Source of the DNA: an uncultured bacterium
Lineage (GTDB): Bacteria; Desulfobacterota; DSM-4660; Desulfatiglandales; CALKZT01
Length of the DNA stretch: 53,887 nucleotides
Assembly (NCBI GenBank): GCA_938002815.1
Contig: CALKZT010000079.1
Coordinates: forward strand, 1-53,887
Direction of reading: 5' to 3'
The notes below the pieces were generated by a model. The model was not told where the DNA came from and made no database searches. It saw only the letters and a program-made list of their open reading frames with translations. A program made the translations under genes and the position numbers. Shown here in pieces: positions 1 to 12,986 of the stretch (the stretch's first letter is position 1; each line of letters begins with the position of its first letter).

Positions 1-240
1 GCAAAATGTAAGGACCAACCATTTCCCAAGTACCCCCATAAAAACTCCCCCTTTTTCATTGGTCAGGCAGAATTCTTATACTAATCCGTATAAGCTGGTG
101 GTTCATGGGTGTCAATATCAGAAATTTGAATTTTTTTGTTGACACAAAGACATTGGATGTTAAAAAAGACTTGCAACTTGAAAGTTAGGTGTTTAAATGC
201 ATAATAGCATTAAATCTTAGAGAAAGGAGGAAGTTGAAAG

Positions 241-684
241 ATGGCAAAAACGCTAACAGAGATGGCAGCCGACATAGCAATGGCTCAATCGTCTCACGCA
301 ACCCTATCTCCTGATGAAATATCCGAATTCGTCAGGAAGACGTTTAGTGTGTTAAAGGAGATACATGAAAAGGAGCAAGGTCTGGTTTCTGAACAAGCTC
401 CACAGGGAGAAGAAGAGGTCAAAATAAGTGAGCTGGTAGCAGATCCCAAGCAATCGATTCAGAGAAACAAGGTTATTTGTCTTGAATGCGGGAAGGAGTT
501 CAAGCAGATTACCAACAGGCACTTAAGGAGCCACGGACTTACAGCCAAAGAGTACAGGAAGAAGTGGGGGTTCTCTGCAAGGCAGCCTTTAGCAGCCAAG
601 GCACTTACGGCCAAGAGGAGAAAGACCGCAAAGACTTTGGGGCTGGGAGACAAACTGAAGGAAAGAAGGATGTCAAAAAAATAA
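241..684 (+). CDS. mucR: Ros/MucR family transcriptional regulator (zinc finger)
   Basis: Motif ICLECGKEFKQITNRHLRSHGLTAKEYRKKWG and N-terminal LTEMAADIA; AGGAGG RBS upstream. Confidence 0.9.
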   Translation: MAKTLTEMAADIAMAQSSHATLSPDEISEFVRKTFSVLKEIHEKEQGLVSEQAPQGEEEVKISELVADPKQSIQRNKVICLECGKEFKQITNRHLRSHGLTAKEYRKKWGFSARQPLAAKALTAKRRKTAKTLGLGDKLKERRMSKK

Positions 685-704
685 AGTGGGGTAATTAGAA
701 AATC

Positions 705-731
705 AAAGGCCCGGGGTCCCCGGGCCTTTTT
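705..731. terminator. Bidirectional intrinsic terminator between convergent mucR and groEL
   Basis: AAAGGCCCGGGG-T-CCCCGGGCCTTTTT inverted repeat with A/T tails on both sides. Confidence 0.85.
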
Positions 732-734
732 ATC

Positions 735-2375
<1,641 letters not shown>

Positions 2376-2663
2376 TTATTCTATCACAGCCATTATTTCG
2401 TCTTCCCTCATGATAAGGTGCTCTTCTCCCTTTATCTTCACCTCTGTCCCTGCATACCTGCCAAATAATATCTTGTCCCCCACCTTTACCTGCATAGGCA
2501 TCCTGCTTCCGTCTTCCTTTTTCTGTCCATCCCCTACTGCCACCACTATCCCCTGCTGGGGCTTTTCTTTTGCAGTGTCAGGGATCACAATACCCCCGGG
2601 TGTCTTTTCCTCCTCCTGTATCCTCTTTACAATAACTCGATCATGCAGTGGTCTCATTCCCAT
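2376..2663 (-). CDS. groES: Co-chaperonin GroES
   Basis: [27 protein letters not shown]; upstream of groEL; GGAGG RBS. Confidence 0.99.
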   Translation of the reverse strand: MGMRPLHDRVIVKRIQEEEKTPGGIVIPDTAKEKPQQGIVVAVGDGQKKEDGSRMPMQVKVGDKILFGRYAGTEVKIKGEEHLIMREDEIMAVIE

Positions 2664-2700
2664 AAGAAAACCTCCTTTGCTTTTTGGATTTTAAGGTCAA

Positions 2701-2731
2701 CTCAAGCTAATTACTTGAGACTTGATGTCAA
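2701..2731 (-). promoter_or_regulatory. Sigma70-type groESL promoter overlapped by the inverted repeat CTCAAG-N7-CTTGAG
   Basis: Minus strand TTGACA (2731-2726)-N16-TAGCTT (2709-2704); inverted repeat at 2701-2719. Confidence 0.6.
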
Positions 2732-2844
2732 GGCCAAATAAGGAACCCCTCTTGGAGAAATGGAGAATTTGGCTGGACAGTAGGCCCGGAAATGTCTTAA
2801 TGGTCCATAGCACATGTTTAGGATATTTTAAGGAGGGAAGGGGA

Positions 2845-4773
2845 ATGACAATAGAGGGGACCATGACAGGCCAGATCCTCCGAAAAAGTCTAAGGGAGGG
2901 TGAACTGGAACCCGGCAATGAAATAAGGATCGCCATAGACCAGACCTTGACACAAGATGCCACAGGGACTCTGGCCTTTTTGGAATTTATGGCCTTAAAT
3001 CTTCCAAGGGTGAAAACAGAGGTATCTGTAAGCTATGTGGATCACAACACGTTGCAGACAGGGTTTGAAAATGCAGACGACCATTTGTTTCTTAGGGACT
3101 GTGCCAAGAGGTTTGGGGTCTATTTTTCCAAACCAGGGAACGGGATCTGCCACCAGGTGCATTTGGAGAGGTTTGGAAGGCCATTTAAGACACTTCTGGG
3201 TTCTGACAGCCACACACCCACTGCTGGTGGCTTGGGTATGCTTGCGGTGGGCGCAGGGGGCATGGATGTGGCCCTGGCTATGGCTGGGGTCCCTTTCCCC
3301 ATGAAGGTGCCTGAGGTAATAAATGTGAGGCTCTATGGGAGGCTTCCCGATTGGGTAAGCGCAAAGGATGTCATCCTGGAGCTTCTAAGAAGGCTTAGTG
3401 TAAAAGGGGGGCTTGGTAAGGTCTTTGAGTATACTGGCCCTGGGGTAAAGGAACTCTCCGTATATCAGCGTAGCTGCATCACTAATATGGGTGCAGAGCT
3501 GGGGGCATGGACCTCCCTATTCCCGTCAGACGAAATAACAAGGGAATTTATGCGGGCCCACGGAAGGGAGGGGGAATGGGCCCCCCTTTTTCCCATGGAA
3601 GATGCCCAATATCATGGTGTGATAGAATTGGATCTCTCTTCCCTTCATCCCTTAATCGCCATGCCCCACAGCCCAGACAATGTGGTAGCAGTCTCTGAGC
3701 TCCAGGGGCTGAAGGTGGATCAGGTGGCCATTGGTAGCTGTACCAACTCATCTTATAGGGACTTGAAGATGGTGGCAGAGCTCCTAAAGGGTAAGAGGAT
3801 ACATCCAGATGTGAGCCTGGTAATAAGTCCTGGGTCCAGACGGGTATTTTTGATGCTATTGGAGGATGGCTCCATAGCCCAGATGGTAAAGGCAGGAGCA
3901 AGGATCCTGGAACTTGCATGTGGCCCCTGCATTGGTATGGGGCAGGCCCCTCCCTCAGGTGGGGTGAGCATTAGGACCTTTAACAGGAACTTTAAAGGAA
4001 GGAGCGGCACCGAAGATGCAGAGGTTTATCTGGCGAGCCCAGAGGTTGCAGTGGCAGCTGCCCTAAAGGGAAGGCTGGTATCTCCTTCTGTATTGGGGGG
4101 CTATCCCAAGCTCAAGGAACCCGACAGATATCCCTTGGATGATTCCCTTTTGATTCCACCAGACCCTTCTCCGGTGGAGCTAAACATAAGGATGGGTCCA
4201 AACATAAGACCTTTACCACACCTTCCGGCTGTGGCAGAAGAGATAGATGCCACCATTGTGTTAAAGGTGGGGGATAACATTACAACGGATGATATCCTCC
4301 CCGGAGGTTCCAAGGTCTTGCCCCTCAGAAGTAATATCGAGGCCATAAGTAAATATACCTATCATAGGCTTTTTCCAGACTTTGTGGAGAAGATGAAAAG
4401 ACTGGGTAAGGGGATTATTGTGGCTGGTGAAAACTATGGACAGGGAAGTAGCAGGGAACACGCTGCCCTGGCTCCCCGCTACTTGGGTATTGTGATGATC
4501 CTGGCTAAATCATTTGCCAGGTTACACAGGGCAAATCTCATAAACTATGGTATAATCCCAGTCCAGATAGAAGAAGAGGTGTATGTCCAACTCCAGGAAG
4601 GTGATCAGATAAGGGTCCAGGGTATGTTAGAGATCCTTAGGAAAAGAGAGGAATTTTATGTTGAAGTTCCCAAAAAAGGGATTAAACTCCCTGCAAACTT
4701 GAACCTTAGCGAAAGAGAAAGGGATATCGTATTGGCAGGTGGCATCTTGAATTACTATCAACGTATCCTCTAA
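2845..4773 (+). CDS. acn: Aconitate hydratase (small, about 640 aa type)
   Basis: GICHQVHLERF, GSDSHT, IGSCTNSS, CGPCIG, GQGSSREHAA; start moved to ATG 2845 after an AGGAGG RBS; next to icd. Confidence 0.9.
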   Translation: MTIEGTMTGQILRKSLREGELEPGNEIRIAIDQTLTQDATGTLAFLEFMALNLPRVKTEVSVSYVDHNTLQTGFENADDHLFLRDCAKRFGVYFSKPGNGICHQVHLERFGRPFKTLLGSDSHTPTAGGLGMLAVGAGGMDVALAMAGVPFPMKVPEVINVRLYGRLPDWVSAKDVILELLRRLSVKGGLGKVFEYTGPGVKELSVYQRSCITNMGAELGAWTSLFPSDEITREFMRAHGREGEWAPLFPMEDAQYHGVIELDLSSLHPLIAMPHSPDNVVAVSELQGLKVDQVAIGSCTNSSYRDLKMVAELLKGKRIHPDVSLVISPGSRRVFLMLLEDGSIAQMVKAGARILELACGPCIGMGQAPPSGGVSIRTFNRNFKGRSGTEDAEVYLASPEVAVAAALKGRLVSPSVLGGYPKLKEPDRYPLDDSLLIPPDPSPVELNIRMGPNIRPLPHLPAVAEEIDATIVLKVGDNITTDDILPGGSKVLPLRSNIEAISKYTYHRLFPDFVEKMKRLGKGIIVAGENYGQGSSREHAALAPRYLGIVMILAKSFARLHRANLINYGIIPVQIEEEVYVQLQEGDQIRVQGMLEILRKREEFYVEVPKKGIKLPANLNLSERERDIVLAGGILNYYQRIL

Positions 4774-4818
4774 CCTTCAAAGATCCAGATAAGCGAAAGA
4801 AGGAGTGCCTGAAGGGAC

Positions 4819-6081
4819 ATGGAAGAGCAAACAGAGTTAAGTCGGCCAAGGCGTATCTTGTGGGATTCTGAGGGTAGACCCATAACACCTGAGCATCCCA
4901 TAATCACCTTCATAGAGGGTGACGGTACGGGCCCAGAGATATTCGCTGCTACAAGGCCGGTGATAGATGCAGCTGTAAATAAGGCCTATGGGGGTAAAAG
5001 GGCCATTTACTGGCTTGAGCTCCTTGCCGGTGAAAAGGCGACCAGAGAGTTGGGGGAAGGCCAGCACCTACCTGAGGAGACCTTGGAGAAGCTGGACTTT
5101 TATGGGATAGGCCTAAAAGGTCCCCTTACTACCCCTGTGGGAAAGGGCTTTAGATCCATCAATGTCACCATAAGGCAGAGGCTGGACCTTTACGCCTGCA
5201 TAAGACCTGTAAGATACATTCCTCACCTACCTTCACCCCTAAGGCACCCTGAGAGGGTGAACCTCGTGATCTTCAGGGAGAATACAGAGGACGTCTATGC
5301 AGGCATTGAGTGGCCTGCAGGTCACAGGAGTACCGTTGAACTCATCAATAAGTTAAATGAGCTCTTAAAACAAGAGGATGGCAAAAGCCTCTCTTTAGAG
5401 ACTGCTATTGGGATAAAACCCATGAGTAAATTTGCCTCTCAGAGACTGGTGGAGAAGGCCATTAGATATGCCTTGGAAAATGGCTACCCCTCTGTTACCC
5501 TGGTGCATAAGGGCAACATTATGAAATATACAGAGGGAGCCTTTGTGGAGTGGGGCTATGAGATTGCAAAGGAGAGGTATTCTCATAGGGTGATATTTGA
5601 GAAGGAACTCCAGATGGGAAGAGCCTCCTTCGACGGAAGGCTTATCCTAAAGGATAGAATAGCAGATAACATGTTCCAGCAGATGATCCTGAGGCCTGAG
5701 GAGTACGGTGTTATAGCCACACCGAACCTAAACGGTGATTACCTTTCAGATGCAGCTGCTGCCCTTGTGGGAGGGCTGGGGATGGCGCCTGGGGCAAATA
5801 TTGGAGATAACTGTGCCCTCTTTGAGGCAACCCATGGTTCTGCTCCAAAATATAAGGGCCTGGACAAGGTAAATCCCTGTTCCTTGATACTCTCAGGGGT
5901 AGAGATGCTCAGATTCATGGGCTGGAAAGAGGCAGGGGAATTGATTCTAAGGGCCTTGGAATCCCTTTTTTCAAAAAGGATAGTCACCTATGATCTGGCA
6001 AGGCAGATGGAAGGGGCAGAGGAGGTGAGCTGCTCCCGCTTTGGGGGGTTGGCGGTGGAAGAGATAGAGAAGATGGCATAA
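4819..6081 (+). CDS. icd: NADP-dependent isocitrate dehydrogenase
   Basis: [51 protein letters not shown]. Confidence 0.96.
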   Translation: MEEQTELSRPRRILWDSEGRPITPEHPIITFIEGDGTGPEIFAATRPVIDAAVNKAYGGKRAIYWLELLAGEKATRELGEGQHLPEETLEKLDFYGIGLKGPLTTPVGKGFRSINVTIRQRLDLYACIRPVRYIPHLPSPLRHPERVNLVIFRENTEDVYAGIEWPAGHRSTVELINKLNELLKQEDGKSLSLETAIGIKPMSKFASQRLVEKAIRYALENGYPSVTLVHKGNIMKYTEGAFVEWGYEIAKERYSHRVIFEKELQMGRASFDGRLILKDRIADNMFQQMILRPEEYGVIATPNLNGDYLSDAAAALVGGLGMAPGANIGDNCALFEATHGSAPKYKGLDKVNPCSLILSGVEMLRFMGWKEAGELILRALESLFSKRIVTYDLARQMEGAEEVSCSRFGGLAVEEIEKMA

Positions 6082-6102
6082 AGGCTCCCACAAGGAGGTG
6101 AT

Positions 6103-8400
6103 ATGCTCCAGATTAGAGGTTTGGTGGAATATACAGAGGAGATGGTAAAGGTGTTGGATACATTGGAGGATCTATATTTTGAGACGGATCTAAGAGGCAG
6201 GTTCGTATTTTTGAACCAGGCATCTAAGAGTATTACCGGGTATGAAAGGGAAGAGCTCCTTGGAAAGACCTACGAAGTGATTATGGACAAGGAGACGGCA
6301 AGCTTTGTGTTTCAGAGGTTTAATCAGGTCTTTAAGACAGGGGAACATGTGAAGTTTTTCGAGCACGATATACTGACAAAGGACGGGAGTAGGCTGACCA
6401 TTTCCAGCTCCATTTCCCTGGTAAGGGATGAGAGGGGCAAAAAAGTCGGCTTTAGAGGTATTATCAGAGATATTACCATCCAAAAGGAACTTACAGAAAG
6501 GTTAAGGACTCTGGAGCTGTGGTATAGGACCCTCTTTGACTCTTCTGCCACCGCACTCTTCGTGATAGAGCCAGATGCCGTAATTTCCCTAGTGAATAGG
6601 CAGGCAGAGGTGATATTGGGCTATGGGGGGGACCAGATAGTGGGGAAACTCAGGTGGATGGATCTGGTGCACCCAGAGGACATACCTATGCTCATGGAGC
6701 GCTGGAAGGAGAGGCTTAGAACAGACGATCCCACCATAAGACCATACCAGATAAGGATAAAGACCTCGGAAGGTCTCAAGTGGGTCTTTATGTCGGTGGG
6801 CTATCTACCCCATCTAAAGAAGACCATTGCCTCCCTAATAGATATAACTGACAGGGTAAGGGCAGAGGAAGAGGCAAGATATAGGGAGGAGGCCTTTAGA
6901 TTGGCCCTTGAGGCCTCTCCCATACCCATAGCCCTCTATGACATAAACCTCTCCCCCATATTTATAAACCGTGCCTTTGAAGAGACCTTTGGATGGAAGC
7001 TGGAGGAGCTCAGGGGTCCAGACCTCTCTTCCGCTCGCCACATACCAGAGGAATACAAGGGACAGGCCTTTGAAATCGCAAGGGAACTCTACGAAAAGGG
7101 TATAGTGACAGGGATACATACCAAGAGGAAAAATAAGAAGGGAGAGCTTTTAGACGTCCTCTTAAATGGGGCTGCCTTCCTGGATAGAGAAGGTAAACCC
7201 AGGGGGCTTGTGACCTTTCTTATGGATATAACAGAGAGGGAGAAGATAGAGAGCCAGCTGAGGCAGCTTCATAAGTTGGAGGCACTGGGAGGTGTTACAG
7301 GAGGTGTAGCACACGACTTTAACAATGTACTTCAGGCCATATACGGATTTGCCCAGGTAATGCTTCTAAAGAAGAAACCCGAAGATCCAGATTACAGAAG
7401 GCTTAAGGCCATAGAAGAGAGCTGTGAGAGGGCAAGGGACCTTATCCAGAACCTGCTTATATTTAGCAGGAAGTCGGAACCCAAACTAAAGACTGTGAAC
7501 CTAAACAGAGAGCTCAAACAGAACATAGTGGTCTTAGAAAGACTCATTCCCAAGATGATAAAGCTGGAACTCAACCTGGCTGATGAGCTGTATCCAATAA
7601 ATGCAGATACAACTCAGTTGCAACAGGTGATCATCAACCTTAGCGTAAACGCAAGGGATGCCATGCCTGATGGAGGGACACTTACGTTTGAGACGAGAAA
7701 CCTTTACCTCGATGAGGAGTTTTGTAAGACCCATGTGGGCTTTAAACCAGGGCCCTATGTCCTCCTCTCGGTCACAGATACAGGGGTAGGGATTCCCCCT
7801 GAAATAATAGACAAGATCTTTGATCCCTTTTTTACCACAAAGGAGCCAGGTAAGGGGACGGGCCTTGGTCTCAGCACAGTTTATGGCATTGTAAGGAGCC
7901 ATGGAGGTTTCATAAACTGCTACAGTATTGTGGGGCAAGGGACCACCTTTAAGATCTACTTTCCGGCAGCCCTCCAAGAGGACAAGAGGGAACAGCTCAA
8001 AAAGCTCAATAGCCATCTTCCCTTGGGCAAAGGGGAGAGGATACTCGTGGTGGATGACGAGGAGAACATCCTGGAATTATTTAGGGATACACTTACAAAG
8101 GCAAATTATAAGGTAATTACTGCGAGATCAGGGGAGGAATGTATAGGTATATGTGAAAGAGTCGAAGGGAAGATAGACCTGATAATCATGGACCTGAACA
8201 TGCCTGGGATGGGTGGTATTAAGTGCATTAAAGAATTACAAGAGAGAAACATGCTAAAAAAGATCATGATAGCAAGTGGCTACCATCTTAACGGTGAGCT
8301 AAGAGAGCAGTTAGGAATGCAGAAGATTGTCTATCTTACAAAACCCTTTGAATATTCCTCATTGTTGAAGACTATAAGGGAACTTTTGGATGAGGTATAA
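6103..8400 (+). CDS. Cytoplasmic hybrid sensor histidine kinase (three PAS, HisKA, HATPase, receiver)
   Basis: Three PAS/PAC repeats, AHDFNN H-box, NARDAM, PFFTTK, GTGLGL, receiver VVDDE...DLNMP...K. Confidence 0.93.
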   Translation: MLQIRGLVEYTEEMVKVLDTLEDLYFETDLRGRFVFLNQASKSITGYEREELLGKTYEVIMDKETASFVFQRFNQVFKTGEHVKFFEHDILTKDGSRLTISSSISLVRDERGKKVGFRGIIRDITIQKELTERLRTLELWYRTLFDSSATALFVIEPDAVISLVNRQAEVILGYGGDQIVGKLRWMDLVHPEDIPMLMERWKERLRTDDPTIRPYQIRIKTSEGLKWVFMSVGYLPHLKKTIASLIDITDRVRAEEEARYREEAFRLALEASPIPIALYDINLSPIFINRAFEETFGWKLEELRGPDLSSARHIPEEYKGQAFEIARELYEKGIVTGIHTKRKNKKGELLDVLLNGAAFLDREGKPRGLVTFLMDITEREKIESQLRQLHKLEALGGVTGGVAHDFNNVLQAIYGFAQVMLLKKKPEDPDYRRLKAIEESCERARDLIQNLLIFSRKSEPKLKTVNLNRELKQNIVVLERLIPKMIKLELNLADELYPINADTTQLQQVIINLSVNARDAMPDGGTLTFETRNLYLDEEFCKTHVGFKPGPYVLLSVTDTGVGIPPEIIDKIFDPFFTTKEPGKGTGLGLSTVYGIVRSHGGFINCYSIVGQGTTFKIYFPAALQEDKREQLKKLNSHLPLGKGERILVVDDEENILELFRDTLTKANYKVITARSGEECIGICERVEGKIDLIIMDLNMPGMGGIKCIKELQERNMLKKIMIASGYHLNGELREQLGMQKIVYLTKPFEYSSLLKTIRELLDEV

Positions 8401-8728
8401 GGTCATATTTTCCATCTCTTTTTGGATATTTTTTCAATGCCTTGGCCTTGCTTTGGCAGAAGATGTAAAGGATCTCAAAAAGAGATTGGCTGAAACGGAG
8501 GCTATGTTAGGAATATTTACGGAAAACCTGGCAAACTGTGCCGAAGAGCTTGAGGCCTGTGAAAAGAAAAGCATAATAGTGACTGAAGCAAAAAAAGAGA
8601 TGATAAAGAGATTAAAAGAACTTTTGGGTACCGAAGAAGAAGTTGAATATCTTCTAAAGCTTTCAGAAAGCGAGCTTGAAAGGCTTTTGACACTGATCTC
8701 CAAGAATTTGACACAAAAGAGGAATTAG
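8390..8728 (+). CDS. Hypothetical exported coiled-coil protein
   Basis: Signal peptide ending ALA, then helical E/K/L-rich sequence; overlaps the upstream stop. Confidence 0.7.
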   Translation: MRYKVIFSISFWIFFQCLGLALAEDVKDLKKRLAETEAMLGIFTENLANCAEELEACEKKSIIVTEAKKEMIKRLKELLGTEEEVEYLLKLSESELERLLTLISKNLTQKRN

Positions 8729-8733
8729 CTAGA

Positions 8734-9603
8734 ATGAAAATCGCAAACGTGGGTCGAAATGACCCTTGTCCTTGCGGAAGCGGCCTTAAATATAAGAAAT
8801 GTTGCCTAAAAAATGACCAAGATATGGTCACACTCTATTTGGAAAAATATGGGATAAGACTGAAGACTGATAAAGATGTAGAGGGCATAAAGAAATGTGG
8901 AAGACTTGCCCTGATGATCTTGGATGAGGTGGAAAGGATAATCAGACCTGGAATCACCACAGAGGATATTAACTGTCTTGTACACAGACTCACCCTGGAT
9001 GCAGGGGCCTATCCTGCACCCTTGAATTACAGGGGCTTTCCCAAGAGCGTCTGTACCTCTGTAAACGAGGTGATATGCCATGGCATACCAGGGGATAAGG
9101 TCCTAAAGGATGGGGACATAATCAATGTGGATGTGACCCCTATCTTAGAGGGATACTATGCAGATGTGGGAAAGACCTTTTTTGTTGGGCAGCCAGGGCC
9201 AGATGCCCAAAAGGTGGTGAATGTGGCAAGGGAGTGCCTGAGAAGGGGTATACAGGCGGCCCAGCCAGGGAATACCATAGGAGATATAGGCCATGCCATA
9301 CAGTCCTATGCCGAGGCCATGGGTTGCTCTGTGGTGAGGGAATTCGTAGGCCATGGGGTGGGAAAGGAATTCCACGAGCCACCACAGGTCCCCCATTTTG
9401 GAAAGAAGGGGAAGGGTTTGGTCCTGATCCCTGGCATGGTTTTTACAATAGAGCCCATGATAAATTTGGGGACCCATAAGCTCAGGATCCTGGAGGACGG
9501 CTGGACTGCGGTGACCCTTGACGGATCCCTCTCAGCCCAATTTGAGCAGACGGTGTGGGTTACAGAAGATGGCCCCCAGAGTCTAACCCCCTATGAGCTT
9601 TGA
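8734..9603 (+). CDS. map: Type I methionine aminopeptidase with N-terminal SEC-C zinc motif
   Basis: GRNDPCPCGSGLKYKKCC then FPKSVCTSVNEVICHGIP, GHGVG, FTIEPMIN, SAQFEQT. Confidence 0.95.
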   Translation: MKIANVGRNDPCPCGSGLKYKKCCLKNDQDMVTLYLEKYGIRLKTDKDVEGIKKCGRLALMILDEVERIIRPGITTEDINCLVHRLTLDAGAYPAPLNYRGFPKSVCTSVNEVICHGIPGDKVLKDGDIINVDVTPILEGYYADVGKTFFVGQPGPDAQKVVNVARECLRRGIQAAQPGNTIGDIGHAIQSYAEAMGCSVVREFVGHGVGKEFHEPPQVPHFGKKGKGLVLIPGMVFTIEPMINLGTHKLRILEDGWTAVTLDGSLSAQFEQTVWVTEDGPQSLTPYEL

Positions 9604-9634
9604 CCTCAAGAGGAGATCCGATTAAGCCCCATCT

Positions 9635-10996
9635 ATGCCCAAGGAGAAGACCACCTATCTTTGCTCCAGTTGCGGATATCGATCAGTAACCTGGCTCGGT
9701 AGGTGTCCCCAATGTGGTTCATGGGACAGCTTGGAGCCACAGGTAAGTTACAGGCCCAGGGAAAGGGAACCGAAGGGCCCTTCCACGAAAATCCAGAAGA
9801 TATCAGAGATAGGCTATGAGGAGGAAGAGAGGCTTACCACCTCTATCCAGGAGCTTGACAGGGTCCTGGGTGGTGGCTTGGTAAAGGGGAGTCTAATCCT
9901 TTTGGGGGGTGACCCTGGGATTGGAAAATCTACCCTCGCATTGCAGATCCTACACTCCCTTTCCCAAAGGGGATTTTCCACCCTGTATGTCTCAGGGGAG
10001 GAATCCCTAGTACAGTTGAAGATTAGGGCAGAGAGGCTTGGGGCAAGAAGTGGGCTGATCGGTGTAATGGGTAGTGGATCGGCTGAAGAGATGGAGGAGG
10101 GGATCAAAAGGTTAAAGCCCTCCTGTGTTGTCCTGGATTCCATCCAGACCTGCCACACAGAGGCCAGCGACGCACCCTTGGGTAGCATCTCTCAGCTTCG
10201 GGATGTGACCTTGAAGGTTATGAGGGCAGCCAAGGAAAACAATGTCTGCATAATTCTGGTAGGCCATGTCACAAAAGAGGGGATTATTGCAGGGCCAAGG
10301 TTATTGGAGCACATGGTAGACACGGTACTCTATCTGGAGGGAGAGAGTCATCAGCCCGTAAGGATTCTGCGTGTGAATAAGAACAGGTTTGGCCCCACCT
10401 TTGAGATGGCGGTCTTTGAGATGAGGGAAAAGGGGCTTTGGCCTGTTGAGAATCCAAGTCTGCTCTTCTTAAAGGAGAGACCAAAGGGTGCCTCTGGTTC
10501 TGTGGTTACCCCCCACATGGCAGGCTCAAAGCCACTACTGGTGGAGGTCCAGGCACTTGTCACAAATACCTCGCAGCCTATGCCCAGGCGCACATTTTTG
10601 GGGATGGAGGCCCAGAGGATTTGGCTTATCCTTGCGGTTCTGGAAAAGAGGCTAGGGGTTATGGTGGGTAGTAGGGATGTGTTCTTAAATGTTACTGGAG
10701 GTGTAAGGATCCAGGAGACTGCATCAGACTTGGCAGCGGTGATTGCCATACTCTCAAGCTATTTTGACCAGCCTATCCCTGAGGATATGGTGGTATGGGG
10801 TGAGGTGGGCCTGGGTGGTGAGGTGAGGTCTGTCTCGAATCCAGAGCTGAGGATAAGGGAGGCCAAAAAGTTGGGATTTGGTAGCATTATACTCCCAAAG
10901 GGAAACATGTCTGAGCTAAAGGAAAAGGAGGGTTTGTCCCTCCACGGAGTTCGGGACCTAAGGGAGGTGATGAAACTACTCTTTGGGAGAAGATAG
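9635..10996 (+). CDS. radA: DNA repair protein RadA/Sms
   Basis: C4 zinc finger, GDPGIGKST, KNRFG motif, Lon-like C-terminus. Confidence 0.97.
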   Translation: MPKEKTTYLCSSCGYRSVTWLGRCPQCGSWDSLEPQVSYRPREREPKGPSTKIQKISEIGYEEEERLTTSIQELDRVLGGGLVKGSLILLGGDPGIGKSTLALQILHSLSQRGFSTLYVSGEESLVQLKIRAERLGARSGLIGVMGSGSAEEMEEGIKRLKPSCVVLDSIQTCHTEASDAPLGSISQLRDVTLKVMRAAKENNVCIILVGHVTKEGIIAGPRLLEHMVDTVLYLEGESHQPVRILRVNKNRFGPTFEMAVFEMREKGLWPVENPSLLFLKERPKGASGSVVTPHMAGSKPLLVEVQALVTNTSQPMPRRTFLGMEAQRIWLILAVLEKRLGVMVGSRDVFLNVTGGVRIQETASDLAAVIAILSSYFDQPIPEDMVVWGEVGLGGEVRSVSNPELRIREAKKLGFGSIILPKGNMSELKEKEGLSLHGVRDLREVMKLLFGRR

Positions 10997-12376
10997 GCTA
11001 AGGCCTTGTGAGTAGAATATCTTATAGGGATTCAGGATGTTGTTTGGGTCCAAGGCCCTCTTAATGGCCTGCATGACGGATAGATTGATAGCTCCCAATT
11101 CCATCTCCAGGTAAGGGGCCTTTGTGATCCCTATACCATGTTCTCCTGAAATGCTTCCCCCCATACCTACCACCGTGGAAAGGAGTCTCTTTGTGCTGGT
11201 GACCAACATTTCCCTTTCCCGGTCAATTCCCACGTCATACATGATATTCACATGGAGGTTCCCATCCCCCAGATGTCCAAAGACTGGTATGGGCAAGCCA
11301 GTTTCTTTTGAGATCTCCTCTACGGCATCCAAAAGATCCCCCAAGCGCGAGCGGGGCACCACCACATCATGGCTGCTCTTGTTTGGCCTGAGCCTGTACA
11401 TGGAAGGGCTAAGCTCCCTTCTGAGATCCCATATCCACCTGACATCATCCTCATAACCAAGGGCCAAGACCTTTCCAAGGGAATCCAAAAGGGGGGTCAA
11501 TCTCCTTAGGTCTTCCTTAACCTGTTCCTCTCTCCCATCCAGCTCCACAATTACAAAGCAAGGGTTAGGATAGGGGGTTTTGAGGCCCATCTGATCCTCT
11601 ATGGCAGAGAAGCTCAGGTGATCCATAAACTCGAAGGCAGAAGGGAGTATGCCTGTACGCAGTGTCCCAAAGAGGCTATCTATGGCCACATGGGGATGGG
11701 GAAAGCAGACCAAGATAGTTGCCCTCCTCTGGGGCAAGGGTATGAGCCTTAAAATAGCCTTTGTGATTATGCCCAAGGTACCCTCAGATCCCACCATCAG
11801 CCTTGTAAGATCATAACCTGCAACCCCTTTGAGCGTCCTTCCCCCTGTTTTTACTATCTCGCCAGTGGGTAATACCACCTCTAACCCCAATACATAATCC
11901 CTTGTGACCCCGTATTTTATGGCCCTCAGCCCCCCGGCGCACTCAGCTATGTTCCCCCCGATGGTACTCTCTTTGGCACTGGCAGGGTCTGGTGGATAGT
12001 AGAGCCCAAGCTTTTTGGCCTCCATCTGGACCTCATGGGTCTTTGCCCCCGGTTCCACCTCGCAGAGGCCATCCTTTGGATCCATGTCCAAGATCCTGTT
12101 CATCTTGCCGAATTCCAGTACCACCCCACCACTAACCGGCAAGGCGCCGCCGCTCATACCTGTCCCTGCACCTCTGGGTATCACGGGGAATCTATGCAGA
12201 TTGGCAAGCTTTAGGACTTCGGCTACCTCTTTGGGATGGGAGGGGAATAGGACCAAATCGGGTTTGAAGAAGAGCTTTGTGGCGTCTGAGCCATATTGGG
12301 CCAAAAGGGATTCATCTTCACATACGTTTAAAGGGCCCACTATTCCCATTAGGGCCTTATAGACTCCTGGCTCCAC
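10976..12376 (-). CDS. FAD-linked oxidase (GlcD/D-lactate dehydrogenase family)
   Basis: PRGAGTGMSGG, YPPDPAS, GSEGTLGIIT, GHLGDGNLH, SGEHGIG, LDPNNILNP. Confidence 0.93.
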   Translation of the reverse strand: MEPGVYKALMGIVGPLNVCEDESLLAQYGSDATKLFFKPDLVLFPSHPKEVAEVLKLANLHRFPVIPRGAGTGMSGGALPVSGGVVLEFGKMNRILDMDPKDGLCEVEPGAKTHEVQMEAKKLGLYYPPDPASAKESTIGGNIAECAGGLRAIKYGVTRDYVLGLEVVLPTGEIVKTGGRTLKGVAGYDLTRLMVGSEGTLGIITKAILRLIPLPQRRATILVCFPHPHVAIDSLFGTLRTGILPSAFEFMDHLSFSAIEDQMGLKTPYPNPCFVIVELDGREEQVKEDLRRLTPLLDSLGKVLALGYEDDVRWIWDLRRELSPSMYRLRPNKSSHDVVVPRSRLGDLLDAVEEISKETGLPIPVFGHLGDGNLHVNIMYDVGIDREREMLVTSTKRLLSTVVGMGGSISGEHGIGITKAPYLEMELGAINLSVMQAIKRALDPNNILNPYKIFYSQGLSLSSPKE

Positions 12377-12984
12377 TAAAGGATCTCCTTCCTGTGCCTG
12401 ATGGCATGCTCCAGGGTGGCCTTGTCTATGTACTTGAGATCAGCTCCCATGGGCAGTCCTATGGCAATGCGGCTTATCCTCTTTCTTATCCCTTCCTTTG
12501 CCAGGACGTCCATGAGGTAGCTGGCCGTTGCTTCACCCTGAAATGTGGGATTTGTGGCTATTATCACCTCAAGGACCTCTGGGTCTTTCACCCTCTCCAC
12601 CAGTAAGTTTATCCTCAACTCCTCGGGCCCGATCCTATCTAAGGGTGAGATAGTCCCATGGAGTATGTGGTAGAGTCCCCTATAGGCCTTGGACTCCTCC
12701 ACTGCATAAAGGTCTCCTGGGCCTTCCACCACCAGGATAGAGGACCTATCTCTCTTGGGATCCTGGCAGATGGAGCAGGGGTCAGAGTCGGAGAGATTCT
12801 GGCAGAGGCTGCAGAGTCTCACCTGTTCCTTGAAATCTTGGATCAGCTTCCCCAATGTGATGGGGAATTCCTTTGGCTGATTTAGAAGGTACAAGGCTAT
12901 TCGCAAAGCCGACTTAGGGCCAAGGCCGGGGAGTTTGCCCAAAAGGCCCACCAGCTCTTCCATGGGCTTTGGATAGAGGGCCAT
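12376..12984 (-). CDS. recR: Recombination mediator RecR
   Basis: LPGLGPKSA, C4 zinc finger, Toprim IIATNPT; dnaX-ybaB-recR synteny. Confidence 0.97.
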   Translation of the reverse strand: MALYPKPMEELVGLLGKLPGLGPKSALRIALYLLNQPKEFPITLGKLIQDFKEQVRLCSLCQNLSDSDPCSICQDPKRDRSSILVVEGPGDLYAVEESKAYRGLYHILHGTISPLDRIGPEELRINLLVERVKDPEVLEVIIATNPTFQGEATASYLMDVLAKEGIRKRISRIAIGLPMGADLKYIDKATLEHAIRHRKEIL

Positions 12985-12986
12985 CC

